Assembly: GCA_964429995.1 (NCBI GenBank)
Contig: CAYSDY010000002.1
Location: forward strand, 110,361-174,360
Source: an uncultured Methanosarcinales archaeon
Lineage (GTDB): Archaea; Nanobdellota; Nanobdellia; Woesearchaeales; UBA583
DNA: 64,000 nucleotides
Direction of reading: 5' to 3'
Shown here: one piece after another, positions 19,395-29,244 of the stretch
Layout: each line of letters begins with the position of its first letter
Position numbering within the stretch: position 1 is the first letter of the stretch
Program-made: the position numbers and the translations under genes
The notes under the pieces: model-generated
The model's database searches: none
What the model saw: only the letters and a program-made list of their open reading frames with translations
What the model was told of the DNA's origin: nothing

Positions 19395-20037
19395 AACAAT
19401 AATCTAAATACAAATTTCCAAAATCAGTAACTCTATTGTTTTCATCTAATATTCCCATTTCCTTACATTTTTTCAAAACTTTATAGACATACTTTTTATC
19501 TTTAGGATATGTTAATACATATTTATTCATGTTAATCTTTTCATTCCAACCAGGTTCAATTCCTTTTCTAAATCCTTCAAGTATTTCTCTTTCTTTGGGA
19601 TGTAAGTCTATTTTTATTATTGGAAATGTTTCTGCAACATTATCGTGACTTAAAAAAGTTAATTTGTATATGTCAGAATTTCTTATATATGATATTAAGG
19701 TTAATATGCTTCCAATTCTTTTATATCCTGCTGAAATTTCAAAATGGAATTTCACATTAGGAAACTGCTTTTTAATGTTATCTAATTCTGTTATTATTTG
19801 TTTTCCAATGTTGTATGTTGATTGCCATGAATCAATTTGAAGCCATCTTTTATATTCATAATTAGTTCCATCATATTTAGAATAAAATGTTTGATCTTGC
19901 TTTGGACCATTCTTTCCTTTATAACAAAATCCGAAATTTTCGGTATTCTCAACTAATGCTAATACACCATCATATTTTTTTTGATGAGGATAATTTAAAC
20001 TTTTCCCAGACCCAATTGCAGTTACATAAAACTTCAT
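19393..20037 (-). CDS. Hypothetical protein
   Basis: 214-aa ORF with ATG start and no recognisable motif. Confidence 0.4.
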   Translation of the reverse strand: MKFYVTAIGSGKSLNYPHQKKYDGVLALVENTENFGFCYKGKNGPKQDQTFYSKYDGTNYEYKRWLQIDSWQSTYNIGKQIITELDNIKKQFPNVKFHFEISAGYKRIGSILTLISYIRNSDIYKLTFLSHDNVAETFPIIKIDLHPKEREILEGFRKGIEPGWNEKINMNKYVLTYPKDKKYVYKVLKKCKEMGILDENNRVTDFGNLYLDYC

Positions 20038-20122
20038 AATTCTATCTAATTTAACACATTTTATATATTTTTCGCTTTATCTAAGAAGAATTACTTATAA
20101 AGTTTTAAAGATATTAGTATTT

Positions 20123-20434
20123 ATGGTAAAAACTAAACCAACAAAAGTTACAAGAACTGTAGATGAAGTTCTAGATGGAGATACTTTTAGAGTTAAAACA
20201 AAAGTTAATGGATCTAATTATATTAGATTAGAAGATATAGATACTCCTGAAAAAGGTGAAAGAGGTTACTCTCAAGCAAAACAAGCTTTGAAAAAACAAA
20301 TTGAAGGCAAAAAAGTTACAATAACAACTTCAACTAAATGTCATTTTGGAAGACCTCTTGCAAAAGTCACACAAAATAGAACAAATGTCAGTAAAAGTAT
20401 GGATAAATTTTCAAAAAAAGGAGGTAAAAAATAA
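20123..20434 (+). CDS. Minimal staphylococcal-nuclease (SNase/thermonuclease)-like protein
   Basis: LDGDTFRV, IRLEDIDTPE and HFGRPLAKV match the SNase Ca-binding and catalytic positions (D21, D40, T41, E43, R87 equivalents). Confidence 0.55.
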   Translation: MVKTKPTKVTRTVDEVLDGDTFRVKTKVNGSNYIRLEDIDTPEKGERGYSQAKQALKKQIEGKKVTITTSTKCHFGRPLAKVTQNRTNVSKSMDKFSKKGGKK

Positions 20435-20534
20435 TAGTTTTTTACACATTAACAATATTTATTTCAATTTTTTAATAATTTGGGATAAAAATTGTTAATG
20501 TTATTTATAAAAAACAATCGATTCATAATTAAAA

Positions 20535-21797
20535 ATGATAGAAATAATATTATTAATTGTACTTATTGTGTTAGTTTTATTTTTAATATTTAAGAAAAAT
20601 AATTCTAATTCAAATACAGCAGATGTTGAAAAGTTCTCAGGAATGATTGAAGGTCAACTAAAGACTCAACCAGATTTAGTATCAAGTAAGATTGGAGAAG
20701 TTTTACAAACTAAATTTGGTGAATTTAAGGATAACTTATATAAGAATAATCAAGAACAGGTTAAAGAGTTTGGAGAGCTTAAAACAAATTTAAGTAAATC
20801 ATTAGGAGAAAATACTGAAAAATTAACTTTAGGTTTAAATACATTTAAAGAAACCTTCAAAAAAGATGTTAACAATGATTTTGAGAAACTAAATAAAACT
20901 GTTGAAGATAAATTGGATAAAATATCTAATAAAGTAATGGAAAATTTAAATGATAATTTCGAGAAAACAAATAAAACATTTTTGGATGTTATGAAAAGAT
21001 TAGAAATAATTGATAGCGCACAACAACAAATGCAAAAATTATCTACTGATGTTGTTTCATTAAACGATGTACTAAATGATAAAAAAACAAGAGGGATTTT
21101 TGGTGAAGTTCAATTAAATCAAATATTATATAGAATATTTGGTGAAGGAAATAAAGGAAAAACTTATGATATTCAACATAAATTTGATACTGGTGCTCAA
21201 TCTGATGCAGTTCTATTATTGCCTGAACCATTTAAGAAATTAGCAATTGATTCAAAATTTCCTTTAGAGAATTATAAAAAAAGTTTAGATAAAAGTTTAT
21301 CCTCACAAGAGATTGAACAATATAAAAAATTATTCAAGCAAGATTTAAAAAAACATATTGATGATATTGCATCTAAATATATAATTCAAAGTGAAACAGC
21401 TGATCAAGCTGTTATGTTTTTACCTGCAGAATCAATTTTTGCAGAAATCCAAGCATTTTATGAAGATGTTGTAACATATAGTCAAAAGAAAAGAGTTTGG
21501 TTAGTATCTCCAACTACTCTTATGGCTGTATTAACTTCAATCCAAATAATGTTAAAAGATGCAGAAAGAAGCAAATACACTCAAATTATTCAAGAACAAT
21601 TAATTAAATTATCTGAAGAATTTTCAAGATATAAAATTAGATGGGATAGATTAAGTAAAGATATTGAGAAAGTTAGTAATGATGTAAGAGACATAAATAC
21701 TACAACTACTAAGATTAGTACAAAATTTGAACAAATCTCAAATGTAGAAGTTGAAGATGAAAAATTATTAGAGGAGGTTTTACCTTTATCTAAATAA
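20535..21797 (+). CDS. rmuC: DNA recombination protein RmuC family
   Basis: N-terminal TM, coiled coil, then RGIFGEVQLNQIL, IDSKFP, VMFLPAESIFAE and LVSPTTLMAVL blocks typical of RmuC. Confidence 0.65.
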   Translation: MIEIILLIVLIVLVLFLIFKKNNSNSNTADVEKFSGMIEGQLKTQPDLVSSKIGEVLQTKFGEFKDNLYKNNQEQVKEFGELKTNLSKSLGENTEKLTLGLNTFKETFKKDVNNDFEKLNKTVEDKLDKISNKVMENLNDNFEKTNKTFLDVMKRLEIIDSAQQQMQKLSTDVVSLNDVLNDKKTRGIFGEVQLNQILYRIFGEGNKGKTYDIQHKFDTGAQSDAVLLLPEPFKKLAIDSKFPLENYKKSLDKSLSSQEIEQYKKLFKQDLKKHIDDIASKYIIQSETADQAVMFLPAESIFAEIQAFYEDVVTYSQKKRVWLVSPTTLMAVLTSIQIMLKDAERSKYTQIIQEQLIKLSEEFSRYKIRWDRLSKDIEKVSNDVRDINTTTTKISTKFEQISNVEVEDEKLLEEVLPLSK

Positions 21798-21867
21798 ATT
21801 GCTTTTTAATAAAGTATTTAAACAAATGATTTGAGGAATTAATAAGATATTAAAAGTTAAAAATAAA

Positions 21868-23283
21868 ATGAAAAAGTTTGATTTAAATATAGAAAAAGTG
21901 CTAGAAGATTGGGAAGTTTATCATGCAACAAGAGAAATTATTGCTAATGCACTAGATGAACAAGCATTAACAAATTCTTCTGAAATAAAAATTTTTAAAG
22001 AAAATGATAAATGGCATATAAGAGATTTTGGTAGAGGAATAAAATATGAACATTTAACTCAAAATGAATCTGATGAAAAACTTAAATTTCCCGAAAAAGT
22101 AATTGGAAAATTTGGAGTTGGATTGAAAGATGCTTTTGCAACTTTTGATAGGAAAAATATTAAAGTTTTAATAAAATCTAAATATAGTGATATTACTTTA
22201 GGAAAATCTTCCAAAAAGGACTTTGAAGATATCATGACATTACATGCTTTAGTTTCAGTACCATCTAACCCATCCATGAATGGAACAGATTTTATACTTG
22301 ATGGAATTAAGGATGAAGATATTGAATTAGCTAAAGAGTTTTTTTTAAAGTTTTCAAATGAAACAGAGTTAGAAAAAACCCAGTATGGTTCAGTACTGAA
22401 AAAACATTCTACTGGAAAAATTTATATCAATGGTCTAAGAGTTGCTGAAGAAGAGAATTTTCTTTTTTCATATAATATTACTTCTATAACTACAAAAATT
22501 AAAAAGTCTTTAAATAGAGAAAGAACTAATGTAGGAAGGAGTGCTTATACTGATAGAGTTAAATCAATTTTATTAGAATGTGAAGAATTTAAAGTTGCAG
22601 AAACATTAGTTAATGATTTGGAGAAATTTGAATTAGGAGAATCACATGATGAACTTAGTTGGATTGATGTATCAGTTCATGCTTGTAAATTATTAAATTC
22701 AAAAGATAAAGTTATATTTTTAACTCCTTATGATTTGTCAGAAAATCAAACAATGGTAGATAGAGCAAAGAGAGACAATATAAGAATTGTAACTATTCCT
22801 GAGAATGTGAAATATAAAATAAGGGGACAAGAGGATACAGAAGGAAATATAATAAGAGATATTGATGAATATGCTTCTGAATGGAATAATAGTTTTGAAT
22901 TTTCTTTTATAGATGAAAAACTATTATCTAATAATGAAAAAGAAATATTTTCAAAGAAGAATGAGATTTTTGAATTAATTGGGGGGAAACCTAAAAAAAT
23001 TAAAAATATTTTAATTTCAGAAACAATGAGATTAGAATCTCAAGGATATCAGGAAGCAGTTGGATTATGGGAAGAACATGAAGGAAGAATTATTATTAGA
23101 AGAGACCAATTAAGTGATTTAAGTTCCTTTGCAGGAGTTCTTTTGCATGAAACTGCTCATGCTATCTGTGGGTATTCAGATATAACTATTGAATTTGAAA
23201 ACCAATTGACTTCTTTACTTGGAATAATTGCTGAAAAAAAAATAAAAAAATCTTTTTGGAGGATATTCAAAAATGATAACTAA
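21868..23283 (+). CDS. GHKL-type ATPase (MORC/HATPase-like Bergerat fold) fused to C-terminal HExxH metallopeptidase-like domain
   Basis: EIIANALDE (N-box), IRDFGRGI (G1 box), and C-terminal LLHETAHAICG (HExxH, ImmA/IrrE-like). Confidence 0.5.
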   Translation: MKKFDLNIEKVLEDWEVYHATREIIANALDEQALTNSSEIKIFKENDKWHIRDFGRGIKYEHLTQNESDEKLKFPEKVIGKFGVGLKDAFATFDRKNIKVLIKSKYSDITLGKSSKKDFEDIMTLHALVSVPSNPSMNGTDFILDGIKDEDIELAKEFFLKFSNETELEKTQYGSVLKKHSTGKIYINGLRVAEEENFLFSYNITSITTKIKKSLNRERTNVGRSAYTDRVKSILLECEEFKVAETLVNDLEKFELGESHDELSWIDVSVHACKLLNSKDKVIFLTPYDLSENQTMVDRAKRDNIRIVTIPENVKYKIRGQEDTEGNIIRDIDEYASEWNNSFEFSFIDEKLLSNNEKEIFSKKNEIFELIGGKPKKIKNILISETMRLESQGYQEAVGLWEEHEGRIIIRRDQLSDLSSFAGVLLHETAHAICGYSDITIEFENQLTSLLGIIAEKKIKKSFWRIFKNDN

Positions 23284-24691
23284 AGCAAAATCAATTGAAG
23301 AATTATATGAAGAAACAAAAAACTATGACCTAGTTATTACTAATGATGCACCTTTGAATACGGCATTAAACAAAACTGTAAATAAACCAATGCTTGGTTC
23401 TTTTGCTTTGACTTCTAAATTAATTGGTTCCAAATATTCCGATTACTTGTTTGAAGAAGAACAACTAGATTTTCCAGAATTAGTTTTAAAAATTCAAAAA
23501 GAATTCAAAATAAATCTAAAAGAAGCTTTGTACTACATAAAAAATATAATGACTGTTTGGCAACATACAGGAAGTTTAGAAGAAAGTAAAAAATATCTAT
23601 CTAACAAAGAAAAAGATATAGTTAAAGTATTAGAAAAATTACCTACATATCAATTATCTATGCAAAGTATGAATTTAACTTTTTTAGATAAAACTAATAT
23701 CGCAACAATTGGAAAAGAAATTTTTAATGAATTAGATAAAAAAGTTTTAACTCTTCCTACAACTCAAATATCTACATTTACAGATAGAGAACATAAACTT
23801 GATACTATTTATCTTTTTAATTCTCAAAATGAAATTATAAATAGAGTTATTTCTATGATTAACAAAGATAATCAAAATGGAATTGCTATAGTTCTAAATA
23901 TTGAAAGTGATTATTTACCTCTAATTAAAGCAAGATTAATTAACAATGGAATTGAATTAAATGAAAAATTATTCTTATTTCAAGAATTTAGAACAAGAGA
24001 ATACTTGTCCATTATAGAAACATTCTACTCAATGCATAATATTTATACAAAAGAATTAACACCAATTGGAAATATATTTAATATTGATATTGACTCTTCT
24101 TTAGAAAATGCTTTATTTTTAGAATTATGTAAAGTAGATAAGAATGCTCAAAAGTTATTCAACTTATTACAAAATTTGAAAAAGAAAAGCTTCGGTGAAT
24201 TAGTTAAAGAACTTGAAAAGTATGATTTAAGATTACCTAAAGAATTTGTTGATGTTTTGTTTAAATTAGAATTATATAACACTCAAATAACTAAAAATAA
24301 ATTTTTAGAGTTGAAATATTTTATTGAAAATTTTGAACAAGAAATTGAGACAAATAAAATAGGAGTATTATTAATTGATGCAAAGAATTCAACTTATGTT
24401 AATAGAGATATTATTTTTTATTTAGGAATGGATTATTCTTGGACTAAAACAATTGAAGATGCTAAGTATATTGACAAAAAACAAGAACTTGAAAAAAATA
24501 TTAAAAAGTTTGAGATATTAATTCAGCAAGGAAAAGAAAGATTTTTCTTTATCCCAAAATATACTTCTGGAACAGATACAATTCCTCCCTTTTATTTTAA
24601 TTTTATATATGAAACTAATGTCGAAAATATTCTTCTAAGGTTTTTGATATTAAAGAAATTATTAACAAGAAGGAAATACAAGAATTTGTAA
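23273..24691 (+). CDS. Hypothetical protein, probably the N-terminal (inactivated helicase-like) part of an AddB-like protein whose nuclease domain is in the next reading frame
   Basis: 472 aa with no Walker motifs. Its frame ends 2 nt before an open frame that carries the nuclease N-terminal Cys motif, across a T5 homopolymer at 24641..24645. Confidence 0.4.
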   Translation: MITKAKSIEELYEETKNYDLVITNDAPLNTALNKTVNKPMLGSFALTSKLIGSKYSDYLFEEEQLDFPELVLKIQKEFKINLKEALYYIKNIMTVWQHTGSLEESKKYLSNKEKDIVKVLEKLPTYQLSMQSMNLTFLDKTNIATIGKEIFNELDKKVLTLPTTQISTFTDREHKLDTIYLFNSQNEIINRVISMINKDNQNGIAIVLNIESDYLPLIKARLINNGIELNEKLFLFQEFRTREYLSIIETFYSMHNIYTKELTPIGNIFNIDIDSSLENALFLELCKVDKNAQKLFNLLQNLKKKSFGELVKELEKYDLRLPKEFVDVLFKLELYNTQITKNKFLELKYFIENFEQEIETNKIGVLLIDAKNSTYVNRDIIFYLGMDYSWTKTIEDAKYIDKKQELEKNIKKFEILIQQGKERFFFIPKYTSGTDTIPPFYFNFIYETNVENILLRFLILKKLLTRRKYKNL

Positions 24692-24693
24692 AT

Positions 24694-25917
24694 AATCCTG
24701 TAACTAAATCTGCTGAAATAAAAATAAAAGAAACTATTTCAAATACAGCCTTAAACAATTTTTTATTATGTCCAAAAAAATATTCATACTCAACTTTAGT
24801 TTCAAATCTAGATAAAGAAGTATTTTTAAGAGGAAATTTAGTTCATGCATTTGCAGAATTCTATGTTAATAATCAAGAATTTGTAAAAAGTAAAGAGATT
24901 GAAGAATTTGTTGATATTATTATGAATAACTTAAAATTAATGTCTAATCCTTTTCAAAATAGTATTTTAAAAACTAAAATAAGATTTGCATGTATTGCAA
25001 TTGTTGATTTTATTGATAATCTTAAAATTGACGAAAGTCTTAGTTTTGAATCGTTTAAAGAAATTTCTAGAAAGAATGAAGAGAATGTATTTGCAAAGCA
25101 TTATTCTAAATCAATGGATAAACCTAATGCGGAATTAGAGTTCAAAGATAATGAATTAAAATTACATGGACTAATAGATTTAGCAGTAAATCAAGAATTA
25201 ATTATAGATTATAAAACCTCTAAAGATAGGAAAAAAGTAATTGATATTGTAAGAAATGCAAGTTTGAGAAACATTTCAGATAAATGTGATTTTCAACCTT
25301 TAGTTTATCTTTCAATATTTAGGAAAATAACTCCCAATAAAAAAATTCAATTTTGGTATAATTTTCCTATGACAGATATTTATGAAAAGATTGTAGGTAT
25401 TGAATTAGAAGAAGATAATAATGTTAAAGTTCATTATATTCCAACTTCATTTATAGATTATATTGTTTCAAAAGACTTTTATGATTATTTTAACGAAACA
25501 GCTCCAAAATATGCTGAACCGATATTGAGTTTAGTAGAAGATTTCTCTTATTTCAAAGATAAAGAAATCCCCGAAGAATTATTAGAAGAGTCAGATCAAG
25601 TCTCAGAATTATTATTTGAAGATTTTAATCAATATTTGATTTCATTAGGACTTAAAGATAATAAAACAAATAGCGGGAATGTATTAAAAGTTTTAAAAAA
25701 TGTATTTGCATTTAAAGTAGGACAACAATACAAACAAAAAGAAGTTTTCTTTTTCAAAGATGATTTAGATAACTTTGAAGAATATGTAAATCAAAGTATT
25801 AACAAAATGAATGAATACATTAAATCTAATTTCCCTTATGAACCAATAGATGGCGAAAACACTTGTAATAATTGTGATTTCAAAAAGCTATGTTTAAAGA
25901 GGTATGAGGTAAAATAA
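24694..25917 (+). CDS. PD-(D/E)xK nuclease with Fe-S Cys ligands (Cas4/AddB nuclease-domain-like); reading frame open upstream of first ATG (24922), likely frameshifted continuation of 23273..24691
   Basis: Upstream in-frame region has LNNFLLCPKKYSY (N-terminal Cys motif). Core has GLIDLAVNQELIIDYKTSK. C-terminus has CNNCDFKKLC (CX2CX5C). There is no ATG/GTG/TTG between the stop at 24616 and 24922. Confidence 0.5.
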   Translation, partial: NPVTKSAEIKIKETISNTALNNFLLCPKKYSYSTLVSNLDKEVFLRGNLVHAFAEFYVNNQEFVKSKEIEEFVDIIMNNLKLMSNPFQNSILKTKIRFACIAIVDFIDNLKIDESLSFESFKEISRKNEENVFAKHYSKSMDKPNAELEFKDNELKLHGLIDLAVNQELIIDYKTSKDRKKVIDIVRNASLRNISDKCDFQPLVYLSIFRKITPNKKIQFWYNFPMTDIYEKIVGIELEEDNNVKVHYIPTSFIDYIVSKDFYDYFNETAPKYAEPILSLVEDFSYFKDKEIPEELLEESDQVSELLFEDFNQYLISLGLKDNKTNSGNVLKVLKNVFAFKVGQQYKQKEVFFFKDDLDNFEEYVNQSINKMNEYIKSNFPYEPIDGENTCNNCDFKKLCLKRYEVK

Positions 25918-25918
25918 A

Positions 25919-26410
25919 ATGACAATTCAAAAAAAACTTAAAACAATGAATAAGGAAGAGTTAATTTTAGTTATTAATGATTTATTAAAATATAATTCTG
26001 AAAATAGAAAGTATTTAAATTTAAGATTATCTGATGAAATTGATTTTAAAAAATTATCAGAAGAATCAAAAATAAAAATTAAAAATTGTTTTTCAGATTT
26101 TAAAGCAGATATTAGAAGAAGTAAAAAGATACTTAGCGATTATAATAAATTAAATCCTCCTATTGATTTGTATTTAGATTTATTCTTATTCTACTTAGAA
26201 TATGGAATTAAATATGGACAACATAGAGATATGTATTCAAGCTTCTATTATAGCTTTGAAATAATGTTTGAAAAGTTTCTTGATTTAATTAAAAATGATT
26301 CAATTTTAGTTTCAAAGTATAAATCAAAGTTAGAAAAGATTGTTGATAATTCTCAACCAGGTTATGGACATTACGATACTCTTTCAGAATTAATGGAGGT
26401 TATAAAATAA
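25919..26410 (+). CDS. Hypothetical small protein
   Basis: 163 aa, with 1-nt gaps to both neighbours. Confidence 0.4.
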   Translation: MTIQKKLKTMNKEELILVINDLLKYNSENRKYLNLRLSDEIDFKKLSEESKIKIKNCFSDFKADIRRSKKILSDYNKLNPPIDLYLDLFLFYLEYGIKYGQHRDMYSSFYYSFEIMFEKFLDLIKNDSILVSKYKSKLEKIVDNSQPGYGHYDTLSELMEVIK

Positions 26411-26411
26411 A

Positions 26412-29243
26412 ATGGGAGCAAATACAAAACAAGATGCAGTAATTAAAAGTACAGATGGAATTTATATTGTAGATGCAGGAGCAGGAACGGGTAAGACATA
26501 TTCAATTACACAGAGATATTTAGAAATATTAAACAAAGGAGTTAATCCTAAAGATATTTTTTTAGTTACATTTACCAGAAATGCATCAACTCATATGAAG
26601 GAAAAAGTAATTTCTAAAGCTGATCCAAAAATAGCAACAGAGATAATAGATGCTCCAATACAAAACTTTGATTCTTTTTGTTTTAAAATTGTTTCAAAAT
26701 ATGGTTTGAATGCACCAAAGATATTAGGAATTGAAGATAATCTTTCAGGATATAAATTAATATCTCAGTCAGTTATACAAAAAAGAATATTTAATAAATT
26801 CTTTAATCAATTCTTAGAAGATAATCAAGATAAATATCAAAAATTATTAGTTTCAATATCAAATCAATTAGAAATACATTCTTTAATTGAGACATTATTA
26901 TCTAAAGGGATTTATCCTACAAAAACAGGATGGTTTTTAGATGCTGAAGATAAACTTAAAGGAGATTATAAATTATTTGCAGAACATTTTAATAAAATAA
27001 ATGAACCTGGAATTGGTGCTAAAGGACCAACTCAATCAGATTTATTAAGTAAGATGAAAACTAGGATTTCATCTAAAAGCTTTTTAGATATACCTGAGAC
27101 TATAGAAACTGAAAAACAAGTAAATCCTAAGTTGATAGATGATATATTTTATGATGATAGGGGAGAAATTATTGAATTTATTCATCATGTATTTATTGAT
27201 TACATTGAATATATGATTAAAGAAAATTCTATGACATTTTCATTAATTGCTATGTTTGCATTTTTAATTTTGTATAATGAAGATGAAGTAAGAAATATTA
27301 ATTCATTCGATTATATTATGGTTGATGAATTTCAAGATACTAATGAAATGCAATTTATGTTAATTCTTCTTTTATTAAAGAAACCTAATCTTTGCGCTGT
27401 TGGTGATTGGAAACAAGGTATTTATGGATTTAGAAATGCTACAATAAGTAATATTAGAGAGTTCAATACTAAGATTGAAAGATATAAAAATCAGTTAAAC
27501 AAAGAAAAGATAAGAATTTCATTTGATGTTTCTCAAATAACACCTCTTGATTTTGATGTAAATTATAGAAGTTCTCAAAAAATTTTAACTTTTTCTGAAA
27601 GGAGTTTAATTACAAAAGCAAGTAAGAATGAAACTATTGATATAGAAGATATTCAAAAAGATATTGTTTCCTTGAAAAGTAATTTTGAATATGATGAATG
27701 TAGTGAGATTAAGTACTATGAAGCAATTGACAAAGAAACTGAAATTAATTATATATTAGAAAAGATTCAAAATTTAGTAGGCAAGAAGACAATAAAATAT
27801 TTTGATTCAGAGATAAAAGAGTACAAAGAAAGATTTATTGATTTTAATGACATTGTAATTCTTTCAAGAACTAGGACTTTTGGCTTAGAAGTTCAAAAAA
27901 AAGCTAACGAATATAATATTCCTGCAGTTTATGAAGGAGGAATTAAACTATTTGAAGAAGAACCTTCAATTTTGCTTCTTGCTTGGTTAAAACTTTTATT
28001 ATATAAAAATAAAAGAGAAGCATGGATACCAATTCTTGAAAAAGAAAGTTATTCATATGCTCAGATTAAATATATTCTAGATAATAAAGAGTATCCTAAA
28101 GAGATTCTTGAATTTAGAGAACATTTGTTGAAAAATAGAAAGATAATAAACTATATTATTGATGAAATATTGAAAAGATATAATTTTACAGGTCCAGTTT
28201 CAAATGCAATGCTCAATATTTTAGATCAAATATTCCATTCAACTTTGATGTCAATAAGTGATTTAATTGTGTTCATTGAAGAAAATATTGAAAATGGGGA
28301 AACATACAATATTGAAATGGAAGGCTCGACTAATTCAATTAAAATTCAAACAATACATGGTTCAAAAGGATTAGAATATCCTATTGTGTTTGTTGTTAAT
28401 TGTAATCTTTCGAATTTCCCAAGTACAATCTCGGATAGTAACTCTTTAACATTTAACGAGATAGTAGGAATAAGAAATAAGAAGTTTTATTCTACTGAAC
28501 ATGAGTTTGTATTTGATAATTGGAAAACTGAACTTGCAAACATGGGATTATTTTCAGATATGGATGAAGAAAGAAGATTATTGTATGTTGCAATAACTAG
28601 AGCAATGTATGATGTTTATTTTACAGCTCACAGACCCTCCGAATTCTTCAATGAACTTTCAGGAGAAGAAAAAGAAGTTATTGAAGAGACTAAGATTGAA
28701 AAATTAAATTTAGTTGAAAAGCAAGAATCATCGACACTAAAAATTAATACTGTTATTGAGGCTAAAAATAAAGTACTAGGTGTTCATGATTTAATGAATT
28801 TTAAAGAGGGACAAAAAGGAAGAGGTATGGAATTTGGAACGATTATACATAAGCTTGCATTTAGATATATTAAAGGATTAAAGATAAGTTCTATTGATAA
28901 TGAATTTAAGCAAGACTTTGAGAATATTAAATCTTTTGTTGATACTGAGTTGAAATATGGGAAGCTTATGCCTGAGATTGATTGTTCTTTACCTATTGAT
29001 GGAACTTTAATTAGAGGAATAATAGATTTAGTTGTAGAGTTTGATAATAGAATTGAGATAATTGATTGGAAAACTGATTTAGTAAAAGATAATATTGAAG
29101 AATATTCTAAGCAATTATCTATTTATTATTATGTATTGAAGGCTATTTATCCTGATAAAGAGATTGTTTGTAAAATCTTTTGGACTTGTAAGGCGCAAGT
29201 TGATGTAGTTAAAGTTGTTGAATTAGGGGTGGTGATAGAGTAA
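26412..29243 (+). CDS. UvrD/PcrA-like SF1 helicase with C-terminal PD-(D/E)xK nuclease domain (AddA/RecB-like)
   Basis: VDAGAGTGKTYS (motif I), VDEFQDTN (motif II), IHGSKGLEYPIVFVV and LLYVAITRA (V/VI). C-terminal GIIDLVVEFDNRIEIIDWKTD is the nuclease motif. Confidence 0.8.
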   Translation: MGANTKQDAVIKSTDGIYIVDAGAGTGKTYSITQRYLEILNKGVNPKDIFLVTFTRNASTHMKEKVISKADPKIATEIIDAPIQNFDSFCFKIVSKYGLNAPKILGIEDNLSGYKLISQSVIQKRIFNKFFNQFLEDNQDKYQKLLVSISNQLEIHSLIETLLSKGIYPTKTGWFLDAEDKLKGDYKLFAEHFNKINEPGIGAKGPTQSDLLSKMKTRISSKSFLDIPETIETEKQVNPKLIDDIFYDDRGEIIEFIHHVFIDYIEYMIKENSMTFSLIAMFAFLILYNEDEVRNINSFDYIMVDEFQDTNEMQFMLILLLLKKPNLCAVGDWKQGIYGFRNATISNIREFNTKIERYKNQLNKEKIRISFDVSQITPLDFDVNYRSSQKILTFSERSLITKASKNETIDIEDIQKDIVSLKSNFEYDECSEIKYYEAIDKETEINYILEKIQNLVGKKTIKYFDSEIKEYKERFIDFNDIVILSRTRTFGLEVQKKANEYNIPAVYEGGIKLFEEEPSILLLAWLKLLLYKNKREAWIPILEKESYSYAQIKYILDNKEYPKEILEFREHLLKNRKIINYIIDEILKRYNFTGPVSNAMLNILDQIFHSTLMSISDLIVFIEENIENGETYNIEMEGSTNSIKIQTIHGSKGLEYPIVFVVNCNLSNFPSTISDSNSLTFNEIVGIRNKKFYSTEHEFVFDNWKTELANMGLFSDMDEERRLLYVAITRAMYDVYFTAHRPSEFFNELSGEEKEVIEETKIEKLNLVEKQESSTLKINTVIEAKNKVLGVHDLMNFKEGQKGRGMEFGTIIHKLAFRYIKGLKISSIDNEFKQDFENIKSFVDTELKYGKLMPEIDCSLPIDGTLIRGIIDLVVEFDNRIEIIDWKTDLVKDNIEEYSKQLSIYYYVLKAIYPDKEIVCKIFWTCKAQVDVVKVVELGVVIE

Positions 29244-29244
29244 G

